From: Pseudomonadota bacterium
GTDB taxonomy: Bacteria; Myxococcota; JACRCW01; JAFGSX01
NCBI GenBank assembly: GCA_043821645.1
Contig: JBDRCO010000139.1
Coordinates: forward strand, 1 to 35,681
DNA length: 35,681 bases
Reading direction: 5' to 3'
Part shown: one piece after another, positions 10,701 to 19,262 of the stretch
How the letters are laid out: every line of letters starts with the position of its first letter
Numbering within the stretch: the first letter of the stretch is position 1
Made by a program: the position numbers and the translations under genes
The notes under the pieces: generated by a model
Databases searched by the model: none
What the model saw: only the letters and a program-made list of their open reading frames with translations
Told to the model about the DNA's origin: nothing

Positions 10701-13066
10701 TGCTCGCTGGCACCGTAGAAGCGGCGATAGTCCGGCGCGTAGGCGACGGCGTCGGGCAGGGCCTGCAGGGCCGAGAAGACCCGCGGGTGCAGCAACAGGT
10801 GCCAGCCGGCCAGCGAGACGTCCAGGGCGTCCACGGGCTGGATCTCGGTCGGCAACTCGACGATCTTCTGGATCGAGTCCAGCTGCAGGGCCTCGCGCGC
10901 GACCAGCCCGTGCAGGGTCAACCACGACTGCAGCAAATGCTGGGTCAGCGCCAGGGCCTGGGCATCGTCTGGCTGCGCGGTCGCACCGGGTGGGCGGCGC
11001 GCAGGACCCGTCGCCTGGCCCAGGGCAAAGGCGAAGCGGCCAGCGCCCAGACAGCCGGTGTTCGCAAAGAGATCATCCAGCGCCTTGCCATTGGTCCACG
11101 CCGTCGAGGCGGGAGCCTGGCGCGCGTCCTCGAGATCCGTCATGCAGGCCTCGAAGACCTTGAAGAACCCGTCGCTACCGCGGGCGTCCACGAGACCGGC
11201 GGAGCGCGTGCCCGAGCTGCACGTGCTCTCGCCGGCCGCGTCCAGGCTGGCACTGAACAGCGAAGACTTGGTCGAGTCGTGGGTGACGTCCTCGGGCTCA
11301 AAGCCGTGGCCATCCCAGCACAGGCTCAGCTGCGCGCAGCCAGCACAGCCGGTGGGCTGATCGAAGACGCAGACCCGCTCGACATCCGTCGGGACCTCGT
11401 ACACTCGGAGCCGAGGTTGGGTTGTTGCCGGGTCCAGGTCCACGTCGCTGCTCACCACAATCCTGGTCGTCAACACCGCTGCATCCTGGGTCGAGCGCAC
11501 CGTGCAGCCGTAGTTTTCGGCGACGACATCGCAGGCGTCGACGGAGCCCATGTCCAGGGTGTTCTGATCGACAAGATGTGGACGGAAGACTCGGGGTGAG
11601 ATCTGGCAGGGAAAGGCGCCGCCCAGGCTGGCGTCGACGATCAGAAGATCGGTCTGCAGCGACGTGATGGGGGTGCTGCTGTAGCCGGCGAGTTCTTTGG
11701 CATCGCGGAAGGCGACCACCAGGGGATCGCTGGACGCAGGGTCCTCCGAATGCCAGAAGGCCCTGGCCGCCTCGGTCACCATCTTCGCGGCGTCGGCCGG
11801 CTTGCACACGTCCAGGTAGCCTGCGTCGCGGCGCAGGCCAAAGTAGGCGCCGGCCTCGACGCCGGCTGCGACGTCAAAGCTGCCGAACTCAGGACTCAGG
11901 GCCTCCTGAACCCTGGTCTCCCATGTGCTCGGAATGTCGCGGCGCGCGAGCGGAGGATCCTGGGCGGCGGGCAGCTGCGGCCGTGGCGCGGTGGCCGGCA
12001 GCACCCCGCTGCGGCTGAGCACGACGCTGTACACCACCCGCGGTGCCGGGCCCTGGTCGCCGACGCCCGCAAAGGACAGCTCCAGCTCGAAGGACAGCGT
12101 CGGGCTGGCGCCCGTCACCAGGACCTCGGCCGCCGCGGGCCGGGCCACGACCTCGCTGCTGAGGCCGGCGAGCGCGGTGCCCATCAGATACGTGTAGGCG
12201 GGCCACTGCAGGCTGCCGCTCTGTGAGCCGCTGGCGAGCTGCAGGCTTCCGATCAAGCGGCCGCTTGGGTGGAGCAGCTTCTGGGCGTCGTTCACGACCA
12301 AGATCCCGCTCCCTGAGGTCCCGTCCGCAAACAGCTCGGCGGTGAGCGGATAGCTGAGCTCGTCCTCGACCGCAGGCAGCGGACTCCCGTCCAGGCCGAC
12401 ACCCCTTTGCTTGATCGTCGCCGAACCGAGGTAGACGCCGGCGCGCGGGCCCTGCTGCGCATCCGCCGTGGGCTCGACGGTCAGCGAGTAGCGGTCGCTG
12501 CCACTGAAGATGCCGAGCACGCCCGCCGGGGTGGTGGCCGGTTCACCGTCGAGGCGAACGCGCAGGGCCTGGGAGTCCAGACCTGCGATCCCCGGGTAGC
12601 TGCACTCCGACGCAAAGGTCGATGCTGTACACGCCACCGAGAATCCCTCGGGTGCCGTCACGCGAACCGGGCCGAGCGCCTGCTCGGGCGCTCCCAGCTT
12701 CACCTGGCGCGTCACGCCCGACGCGTGAAAGCGCAAAAACTTCGTCGACAGCGTGAGCGGTGCTTGTCGCACCGTGGACGGAAATGGCGTGACGTTCTCA
12801 TCGCCCACCGCCCGGCATCGACCGAAGGAGTCGCACAGGCCGCCGCCGCACTGCGCGTCCGAGCTGCAGTCGGCGGTGCAGGTGCCGAGGGCGCAGTGGG
12901 TCCCGCAGGGGCAGTGATCGTCGTTCACGCAGGTTCCGGCGGAGGCGACGAGCTGCGCGCTCACCTCACAGCGAGCCATGGAGGGTGTGGTTTCTTTTTT
13001 ATCTGTGGCGGGACAGGCAGCCAGTAGGAGCAGGCCGACAGGGACTGCAAGGGTCGCGCGAGGCAT
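7769..13066 (-). CDS. Very large lipoprotein (~1765 aa) with Cys-rich N-terminus and Tc toxin A-subunit-like C-terminal region
   Basis: ATG 13066 with AGGAGGAG RBS and lipobox LLLLAAC. Long helical region around an Ala/Gly hydrophobic stretch, ARRILYLAVRAVAYEF, and a C-terminal GLYGEYALFIP...IDDILLRLDYVS. The ORF is secure; the product is inferred. Confidence 0.6.
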   Translation of the reverse strand: MPRATLAVPVGLLLLAACPATDKKETTPSMARCEVSAQLVASAGTCVNDDHCPCGTHCALGTCTADCSSDAQCGGGLCDSFGRCRAVGDENVTPFPSTVRQAPLTLSTKFLRFHASGVTRQVKLGAPEQALGPVRVTAPEGFSVACTASTFASECSYPGIAGLDSQALRVRLDGEPATTPAGVLGIFSGSDRYSLTVEPTADAQQGPRAGVYLGSATIKQRGVGLDGSPLPAVEDELSYPLTAELFADGTSGSGILVVNDAQKLLHPSGRLIGSLQLASGSQSGSLQWPAYTYLMGTALAGLSSEVVARPAAAEVLVTGASPTLSFELELSFAGVGDQGPAPRVVYSVVLSRSGVLPATAPRPQLPAAQDPPLARRDIPSTWETRVQEALSPEFGSFDVAAGVEAGAYFGLRRDAGYLDVCKPADAAKMVTEAARAFWHSEDPASSDPLVVAFRDAKELAGYSSTPITSLQTDLLIVDASLGGAFPCQISPRVFRPHLVDQNTLDMGSVDACDVVAENYGCTVRSTQDAAVLTTRIVVSSDVDLDPATTQPRLRVYEVPTDVERVCVFDQPTGCAGCAQLSLCWDGHGFEPEDVTHDSTKSSLFSASLDAAGESTCSSGTRSAGLVDARGSDGFFKVFEACMTDLEDARQAPASTAWTNGKALDDLFANTGCLGAGRFAFALGQATGPARRPPGATAQPDDAQALALTQHLLQSWLTLHGLVAREALQLDSIQKIVELPTEIQPVDALDVSLAGWHLLLHPRVFSALQALPDAVAYAPDYRRFYGASEQALKDSGPDAQAGLAPLLLETLDAQASLLRELMLRAQRCPVDCPPVTLARVRDALAQFLRTEAPVRAIAAGLVAQAQRHAAEQGLPPARWLERYVGSERTYDGTLRALLRAARDAELGRNPLGIADSDLPLYFFGDESTATSRFTAISDFLLGAPGSISAFGRVAVQQAKDARVAAQEAGLALQQRQFEQALDDAQLADRLDQIRRTFGDQVIGYCGLPAGVDPLDVLEHWPSRFSANNCFILSSDPSCQVPVEAYEQAMQLDDLQYQFCVVRELRTRTAQGIGFLDPAYEGVSDEIAGCSNPTFPAECPEGVPGPCMSCQWSPRLSERIVDFTAGVALDAAGALDDVALLDAALWTGCAGAALTGQGVVAAACVYCAANPDDARCACTRNPDGPGCRSVPVPPSVFQAFQGMEQTPVALLEEARTTCQRQFPRAREQLPRVADLPGQPLTDRACYNGGLGESALELKGVVTDLDIARSEMTDLQDSYDVAIRSCIIQQVGNDAMESALAQHNQTMAALRTQKAKADQATAFLDAFEDAAATLAGGPTSLLAAGVAVGAGLAGGFTEAESIDIEAEMANAEASHEALMLNLQNEVDEQLCFNDAELFLVGVRTASLRVQKAISDMNVALYKFEQDKSSAQTAHDAGRAALKIAAARQVRPPSNDFWFDEKVDTYQRKLRIARRILYLAVRAVAYEFQESRQEEARVLAAETPEELDAVADDLRTITATRGIGGNRPSDLKVVLSLRKNLLQLGDLSQTQPVGWHRLTDVERFRMVLRSQRFAQYDDSGAYVGQSIPFSLAPLAAFGLGEVQGVPVFASSDCAERLWNVNASILGSSLTRGDTPTFVRIDLLKSNTFFSQWCAPHEASFQTASVRPSRNLFREPDEVDPAFGSALGVGRSDERSRARMQAYFNVDRAEFERDAYANGSTSELAARGLYGEYALFIPAALISRTPQDDGLVLENIDDILLRLDYVSVAR

Positions 13067-13347
13067 GGCCCTCTCCTCCTGCACGCAGGTGCAGACATGA
13101 ATCGGTATTTCGGTGACATGAACGAGGCGCGTCGGTCGCTGCAGGCCACATGACCGCTGCCGATGGGACCGCCCCGGGATTTCAATCCGGTCGTGTCACG
13201 CACCTAGTGCTGGATGACGCCCACCGCAAGCCATTGACCCATACGGTCGCGTATATTTTTGTATCCGGCAGGTCCCCCGATTCAGGGAGCAGCTCGACCC
13301 TGCCGCGGTGTGGCCGCCCCGGCGGACTCGATGAAGGGCGCAGTCCT

Positions 13348-13770
13348 TCAGGACGGCTTCTTCTTCCGCGCGGGCTTCGACGTGCTGGCGGCATTGAGCG
13401 CCAGGGCCTGCCGAACCAGGGCCTTGAAGGCCTTCGCGTCCACCGTCTCTCCCTCGTGGATATCGATCGCGCGTCGAACGTTCCCGTCGAGACTCGCGTT
13501 GAAGAGATGGGCCGGATCGTCCAGGGCCGCACCCTTGGCAAAGGTCAGCTTCACGATCTGCTTGTAGGTCTCCCCGGTGCAGATCATGCCATCGTGCTTC
13601 CACACCGGCGTCCCCCTCCACATCCATGCCTCGACGACATCCGGGTCGACGTCCCGGATCAGCGCGCGCATCCGGCCCAGGGTTTCCCCGCGCCAGTCCC
13701 CGAGCTCGGCGATGCGCTGCGAGACGAGTTCCGATGCGGCCGGGCCCTGAATCGCGTCTGATTTCTTCAT
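13348..13770 (-). CDS. DUF1801 (YdhG-like) domain protein
   Basis: RIAELGDWRGETL.RMR.LI...DPDVVE.W.W.GTPVW...ICTGETYK..VKLTFAKGA.L.DP..LFNASL.GN.RRAID; ATG 13770 with GAGGA RBS. Confidence 0.9.
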   Translation of the reverse strand: MKKSDAIQGPAASELVSQRIAELGDWRGETLGRMRALIRDVDPDVVEAWMWRGTPVWKHDGMICTGETYKQIVKLTFAKGAALDDPAHLFNASLDGNVRRAIDIHEGETVDAKAFKALVRQALALNAASTSKPARKKKPS

Positions 13771-13970
13771 GCTCGTATCCTCGAGGTGCCAGCGTCCATC
13801 AAGGTTCAGGACCCGGACCCGAATGTCCACAGGCGGTCGGCAGCCGATTCTCGCTGGCGTCCATTCGCCCTCGCTGCACGACGTCGTGTCGTCACGCTGT
13901 CATGTAGAGACGAGGTCCCGGGCGGACAAGCGCCTCGCCATGTACGCGCAGCGGTCTCCCTGGACGCCCC

Positions 13971-15605
13971 TCATGGGCACGGCGAGCTTCCTGCCCATCG
14001 ACGCCACCGCCCCAGCGCGCCCAACCCCAGCAGCAGGCCCCAGCCGAGGCCCGATCCGGTCGCCGCACCGCGACAGGCACAGCCCTCGGGCCGCCCCACA
14101 CCTCGGTCCGCGGCCGCGCCGTCCGTGGCGCTGCCAGCGTCGAGGGTCATCCTCGTATCGCCGTCCCCGGCGTCCTGGGGCGAACGCGCGTCAACGACGC
14201 CAGCGTCGACCGAGGCCTCGGGGCGCGCCACATCCAGCGCGCTGCCCGCGTCCAGGGCCGGGACCTCGACGGTGATCGAGGCGCCGCCCGTGCCGGCGCT
14301 GCCGGTGCACGAGAGCTGGAAACTGCTGGTTGCGTCGAGCGGTCCCACTGTCTCGCTGCCGCTCGTCGGTCTGCTCCCCGACCAGGCACCGGCGGCGGTG
14401 CACCCGGTGGCGTGCTGAGAGGACCAGCTCAGCTCGCTGCTCCCTCCACGGGCCACGCTCGACGGATTCGCGGCCAGGGTGACGATGGGAGGCGACTGGC
14501 CCGTGCCATCGCTCAGCCTGTACACGAAGACGTCCTCGTCCACCGCGTTGACCACGACGAACACGTTGTGCGTCGGTGCGTAGCGAAAGCGGCCAAAGGT
14601 GCCGTTGCTGGCGGGCGCGGTGGGAACGACGGTGTTGGTCGCGGCCGCCGCCACCCGGGTCCAGGCCCAGGTCGTGGGGTCGAGGGTCAGCACCTCGGCG
14701 CCGCCGGCCCAGCCGACGAAGATCGCGCTCACCGGGTCGTAGACGAAGCCGGGGGTCGAGGCCTGCACCACGGTCTGCTCGCCGCTGGTGCTCAGCACCA
14801 CTGCCGCGCTGTCTCCTGACACGGTGAGGTCCCAGCGATAGGCAGCGCCCCCACCCACCGCCACCAGCTGCTGCCCCACCGGATCGATGGCCGCGGTCAG
14901 GCTGTAGGAGAAGTACTCGCTCTCGGTCCACTGGCCGCCGTGCGAGGTCCAGCTATCGGCGCTGGCGTCGTACTCGGCCAGGGACGCCATGCCGCCGCAG
15001 CCATGCAGCCAGGCGTGACCGGTGCTGGGATCGACGGCCGAGAAGGCGCCAATGATGGAGCCGCGAGCCGTGACGTCGGCGCGCTGCTCCCACAGCCCGG
15101 TCGCGAAGTTGAAGCAGTCGGTGTGCTGGGTGCCGGTCTGGCCGGAGATGTAAAAGGCCGCACCGCCGAAGGAGCAGAAGGCATCGATGATGGGCACGTA
15201 CTGCACGTAGTTGTAGGTGTGGCGGGAGGTCGGGTTGCCGTCGGGTGCGTAGGGGACGTCCTCGCCGGGCGGGCTGCTGGGCTCGGTCAGCCGGCTCCAG
15301 CGGAGGCTTGTCAGGTCAAAGGCATAAAGCTCGTTGCCCGCGTAGTCGCCGTGTCCGCCGCCCCAGACCAGCAGCCTGTCGCGCGCCGTGTCGAAGGCCC
15401 CGCCTCCCCAGGCGCCCATCACCGCGGCCTGTCCGCCCACAGCGCTGTAGTCGCAGGTGCGGTTCGGGCAGGGGTCGACCGCTCGCATGTGCGAGTCCGG
15501 CACCTGGTACCACTCTCCGGGCAGCAGGTCCTCGACGGGGCCGGCCCGCGCCGTGCTGGCGCCAATCAACAGAGTCCACGTCAAAACGCCAAGGAGCAGT
15601 CGCAT
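13971..15605 (-). CDS. Secreted Kelch-like beta-propeller protein with Ig-like module, low-complexity linker and MYXO-CTERM
   Basis: Signal peptide, repeated GG...Y.FD....W blades, an SSELSWSS..AT.CTA.GAWSG module, a DAG-rich linker, and GCAC + hydrophobic helix + RWRR. Confidence 0.75.
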   Translation of the reverse strand: MRLLLGVLTWTLLIGASTARAGPVEDLLPGEWYQVPDSHMRAVDPCPNRTCDYSAVGGQAAVMGAWGGGAFDTARDRLLVWGGGHGDYAGNELYAFDLTSLRWSRLTEPSSPPGEDVPYAPDGNPTSRHTYNYVQYVPIIDAFCSFGGAAFYISGQTGTQHTDCFNFATGLWEQRADVTARGSIIGAFSAVDPSTGHAWLHGCGGMASLAEYDASADSWTSHGGQWTESEYFSYSLTAAIDPVGQQLVAVGGGAAYRWDLTVSGDSAAVVLSTSGEQTVVQASTPGFVYDPVSAIFVGWAGGAEVLTLDPTTWAWTRVAAAATNTVVPTAPASNGTFGRFRYAPTHNVFVVVNAVDEDVFVYRLSDGTGQSPPIVTLAANPSSVARGGSSELSWSSQHATGCTAAGAWSGSRPTSGSETVGPLDATSSFQLSCTGSAGTGGASITVEVPALDAGSALDVARPEASVDAGVVDARSPQDAGDGDTRMTLDAGSATDGAAADRGVGRPEGCACRGAATGSGLGWGLLLGLGALGRWRRWAGSSPCP

Positions 15606-15667
15606 GAGGACATGTTAGGCGAAGTGAGGCGTCGGTGCTCCATAACGGGTGCCCGCGTCCGCAGCTT

Positions 15668-17197
15668 CTACTTTGTCTCGGTGTGCACCAGCGCCGCCCT
15701 GCGAGTTCGGTATTTCCTGAAGAGAAGAAGCAGGGTGACGACCACCGAGGCGATCGTCGCGAGCCGGGCATAGGGTCTGAGCGGGTCGACGAGCGCACGC
15801 ACGATCTCCAGGCTGTCGGCCAGGGGCACGCCCCGGATGGCCTGAATCAGAAAAAACAACGAGCCGGGGATCAGCGGCACCAGCAGGGGAGCCAGGAGCA
15901 GGACCAGCACCCCAAGGCCGAGCGTGCTGGGTCCGGATAGACCCGGCGGCGCAGCTGCGGGCTGCTGTTGAACCCTGTCCACGATGTAACGGGCGGTGTC
16001 GGCAGCGCCGTCTTCCGCTCTGAGTTGTTCCCCCAGGGTCCTCGCGGCGTTCACGATCTCGGGTTGCAGCGCCTCCTGGATGCCAGCCAGCAAAGCGGCG
16101 CTGGTCAGCTTCTTGTTCGCGATGGGACGGGCGCCAACCCCCAGGTCGTGGACCCGCTGGCCCCAGGCAAACTGGTCGTTGCCATGGGGAATGATCAGCG
16201 AGGGAACACCCGCGCGCATGCCGGCCGCCGTGGTGCCCGCGCCGCCGTGATGAACCACCAGAGCAACCCGAGGAAAGAGCCAGGCGTGGGGCGCCTCGCG
16301 AATGAAATGGATGCTGTCAGAGGCTTCGACGGCATCGTCCAGGCCACCGGCTCCGGTGGCGATCAGGGCCCGGCACCCGCACTCGGCCACGGCCTCGACC
16401 ACCATCCTGGTCTTGAACGCCGCCTCGCCGTGGGAACCGACGCTGCCAAAGCCGACATAGATGGGCTTCTCGCCTCGTTGCAGAAAGTCCACCAGGTCCG
16501 CGGGTGCTTGATAGCGGTCACCCTCGTCGAAAAACCAGTAGCCCTTGCAGAATGCCGGCTCCGACGTTTTGAAGATACGATTGCTGCACGAGATCAGCTT
16601 GTTGCCGTCGTGAAGAAAGGGATTCTCGAAGCTGCGCTTCTGCCCATCCAGGTTCTTGAAGTACAGGGCGATGGGCTTGCGGATCGCCATCCAGAAGCCT
16701 TGATAGAAGAGCCTGTGCGTCAGGCGGTTGAGAAACCTGGGGATCTTTCTGCCGTACAGCAAGATGGCGGGATACTCGGCGCTGCTCGTCATCGGAAACG
16801 GCGCCCCCAGAAAAGCAGGGATGCCACGCTCCCGGGCCAGGAAGTGGGCCACGCTGGCGCCAGGGTGAAACACGACCGCGTCCGCGCCCTGGCAGGCCTG
16901 CGCGTAGTCCTGCTGCAGCTTGAGAAAGACCGACATGAACTCCGGTCTGTCGATGCTGCGGAGCATCTTGATGGGACCGGCGGCCTTCATGGCGTCGTCA
17001 ACCTGTCCGCTCGCGAGCACCTTGTCGATGTCGATGCGGACCTGGCTGTAGCGCAGCCCATGTTCGGTGACGAGGTGCTTGAAGTTCTCCCCGGCGGCCA
17101 CGGTGACCTGCACGCCGAGCTTCTCGAGAGCCACGCCCAGGGCCACGAAAGGCTGGGTGTCGCCCCGGCTCCCGGCTGTCAGCAGGCTGATCTTCAT
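15668..17197 (-). CDS. GT1-family glycosyltransferase (sterol glucosyltransferase/EryCIII-like) with a C-terminal membrane extension
   Basis: GSRGDTQPFVALG, IYVGFGS, PHAWLFPR..LVVHHGGAGTTAAG.RAGVP, DQFAWG; ATG 17197 with GGAG RBS. Confidence 0.9.
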   Translation of the reverse strand: MKISLLTAGSRGDTQPFVALGVALEKLGVQVTVAAGENFKHLVTEHGLRYSQVRIDIDKVLASGQVDDAMKAAGPIKMLRSIDRPEFMSVFLKLQQDYAQACQGADAVVFHPGASVAHFLARERGIPAFLGAPFPMTSSAEYPAILLYGRKIPRFLNRLTHRLFYQGFWMAIRKPIALYFKNLDGQKRSFENPFLHDGNKLISCSNRIFKTSEPAFCKGYWFFDEGDRYQAPADLVDFLQRGEKPIYVGFGSVGSHGEAAFKTRMVVEAVAECGCRALIATGAGGLDDAVEASDSIHFIREAPHAWLFPRVALVVHHGGAGTTAAGMRAGVPSLIIPHGNDQFAWGQRVHDLGVGARPIANKKLTSAALLAGIQEALQPEIVNAARTLGEQLRAEDGAADTARYIVDRVQQQPAAAPPGLSGPSTLGLGVLVLLLAPLLVPLIPGSLFFLIQAIRGVPLADSLEIVRALVDPLRPYARLATIASVVVTLLLLFRKYRTRRAALVHTETK

Positions 17198-17559
17198 CGG
17201 GTCTCCACGCACAGCGGCTCGCCGCCGCACAAGATGCTCAGGCACCGCCGCCCTCGAGGGCATCACTGGCCTGTTGCAGTGCCTCTGTTCCCTTTTCTCG
17301 CCATGAGCTCCCTGGTGGTCATCGTGGGTTTTCGGGCCGGGTTGTGCAACTACGGATGGCCAAACTTCATCACGGGTCGCGCCCGGCGCCGAGCACTCCA
17401 CATCGGCGACATGGTCGCATCGAGGCCGGCGATCCAGAGCGGAAGATGGTATCTGTTGTCTCTCGGCTCATCGCGGCGAGGCTGGGGCAGCGAACCGGTG
17501 CCCACATGAGCAGCGCCGCTTCGACCCGGCGGTGATCGTCGACCGCCTCTTGGACGACC

Positions 17560-18030
17560 ATGGCATCGCACCAGGTGAAAGCCGGCCCCGAGGAACGTCG
17601 TCACCTGCCCCCGCAGCGAGTGGGCCGCAACAGGATCCGCTGGCTCGGCAGCGCCGTGCTGCTGGTCGCGCTCTGCCTGGCGCCCCGGGCCAGCGCGCTG
17701 GAGCGGGACGACACGCTGATCCTCGGTGGAGTGCTGCTCGGCCTCGGCTACGTCAGCCAGCTGCCCATCGCCTTTCTCGACCGGGACAGCCTGAGCAGCG
17801 ACCTGGCCCGGCAGCCCGTCTGGACCTTCTTCGTCCCCGTGGTGGGGTCGTCGGCCTCGCTCTACTACGCCTTCGGTTCGAGCTGCGAGGGCGAGAAGTT
17901 CTCCGGCGAGTGCAACTTTGCCAAGGGGGGGCGAATCGTCGCCTTCTCGCTGGGGCTCGGCTTGCAGCTCGCCGGCCTCGGCTTCCTCGCGGCAGGAGGA
18001 CTGGACGCCCTCACCCAGACCGGCGAGTAG
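17560..18030 (+). CDS. Hypothetical exported/membrane protein
   Basis: Signal-like hydrophobic segment ending ASA, further hydrophobic helices (FVPVVG, GLGLQLAGLGFLAAG), GC3-rich codons. Start uncertain. Confidence 0.6.
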   Translation: MASHQVKAGPEERRHLPPQRVGRNRIRWLGSAVLLVALCLAPRASALERDDTLILGGVLLGLGYVSQLPIAFLDRDSLSSDLARQPVWTFFVPVVGSSASLYYAFGSSCEGEKFSGECNFAKGGRIVAFSLGLGLQLAGLGFLAAGGLDALTQTGE

Positions 18031-18142
18031 CGAGGTCCGCACACCGGCCACACCGCCCCGTCCCCGGTCTCACTCGGCAGGGCATCAGCCTTGCGCGCTC
18101 GGGCTGGCGTTGCCACAGTCCCGCCGCGCGAAGGGAGCCACC

Positions 18143-18925
18143 ATGGGTCTGCTGAAATCGATCTTCGGAGCCAGGAGCTCGCAGGACGACGCGGTCGAGG
18201 CGATGCGCGATCACGTCGATCCCGAGACCGGGTTCAGCCACAGCTGGAGCGACGAGGAGCGCCACGACTTCTGCACGCGCGCCCTGGAGCGACTGCAGGC
18301 AGAGCTGGGCGGCGAACTGAGGATGGCCGAGGACGAGGTGCGCCTGTCCACCACCTGGGGCGAGCGCGATGTGGTCGTGGGTGCGGACGGGTTCACCGGC
18401 GATCTGGTGGTGAGCATCACCGGCCAGATCCGGCTGGGCCCGATCGGCCTCCTGCGCGACGCGGAGCTCGACGAACCCGGGCTGCCGGATGACGACGAGC
18501 AGACCCCGGAGGGCTGGTCCGAGGACAGCGCCCTGGCCGGAGACGTTCGCGAGTACGTGGCCCAGGGTATTTACTTTGAAACCCCAAAGCAGCAGGTCGA
18601 GTTCGAGCGTCAGCGTTTCGCGACCTTGCCGGACGCGCTGCGCGCGCAGATCCTCGATGCGATGCAGCACGCGCGCTTGCAGAGCATCTTCGCCACCGAC
18701 GGCTGCCTGGACCTGACCTGGGAGCGCTGCGTCTTTCGCGAGGGCGACCTGGCCCGGGTTGTGCGACTCCATCTGGACCTCGCGGTGGCGGTCCTGCAGG
18801 TGATCGAGAGCACCCCGGATCCCGATCCGAGCAGCCCCAATGCGGCGCAGCGCTGCCCCTACTGCGGCCAGAAGTACTACGACCAGCAGCGCAGCAAGTG
18901 CGACAACTGTGGTGGTGTTCTGTAG
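18143..18925 (+). CDS. Hypothetical acidic protein with C-terminal zinc ribbon
   Basis: MGLLKSIFG start with AAGGGAG RBS; C-terminal CPYC-x10-CDNCGG. Confidence 0.75.
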   Translation: MGLLKSIFGARSSQDDAVEAMRDHVDPETGFSHSWSDEERHDFCTRALERLQAELGGELRMAEDEVRLSTTWGERDVVVGADGFTGDLVVSITGQIRLGPIGLLRDAELDEPGLPDDDEQTPEGWSEDSALAGDVREYVAQGIYFETPKQQVEFERQRFATLPDALRAQILDAMQHARLQSIFATDGCLDLTWERCVFREGDLARVVRLHLDLAVAVLQVIESTPDPDPSSPNAAQRCPYCGQKYYDQQRSKCDNCGGVL

Positions 18926-19121
18926 CGGACCTGCACAGGCCCTGGCGGTGCCTGAGTGGTGGGGACAAAGCCCTAGGCTTGGATCGGCGCCCTCCCCCGG
19001 ACCTGTATACGTCGGTGGCTGCGATGTGGTCGTCAGGGTCCCAGAGCTGCGGTCTGGCTGCCGAACCCTGTCCGCTCGACCTGGTCGCGGGCCGAGGTGC
19101 CCGGGTCGACGGAGGTTCTGC

Positions 19122-19166
19122 GTGAACATCGTGTTGTGGATTGTTCAGGTGCTGCTCGCCCTTGCG
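19122..19166 (+). pseudogene. Remnant 5' end of a DoxX-family membrane protein gene
   Basis: GGAGG RBS then GTG giving MNIVLWIVQVLLALA, a typical DoxX-family N-terminus; the similarity stops after ~15 codons. Confidence 0.5.
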
Positions 19167-19262
19167 CGCCGGCGATTCCCGATTTCAAACACGACCGGCA
19201 CAGCGATATCCTCTCCCCGCGCTGTCTCCACGCCTGCCAGCCCGTCCTCGCGGGGAGGTCAC

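Noticed and set aside
8411-11599. 1062-aa plus-strand ORF (also 5400-7745, 2391-3704, 15968-17509, 25451-26803, 28544-30097)
   Set aside because: Antisense shadows of real GC3-rich genes; no motifs.
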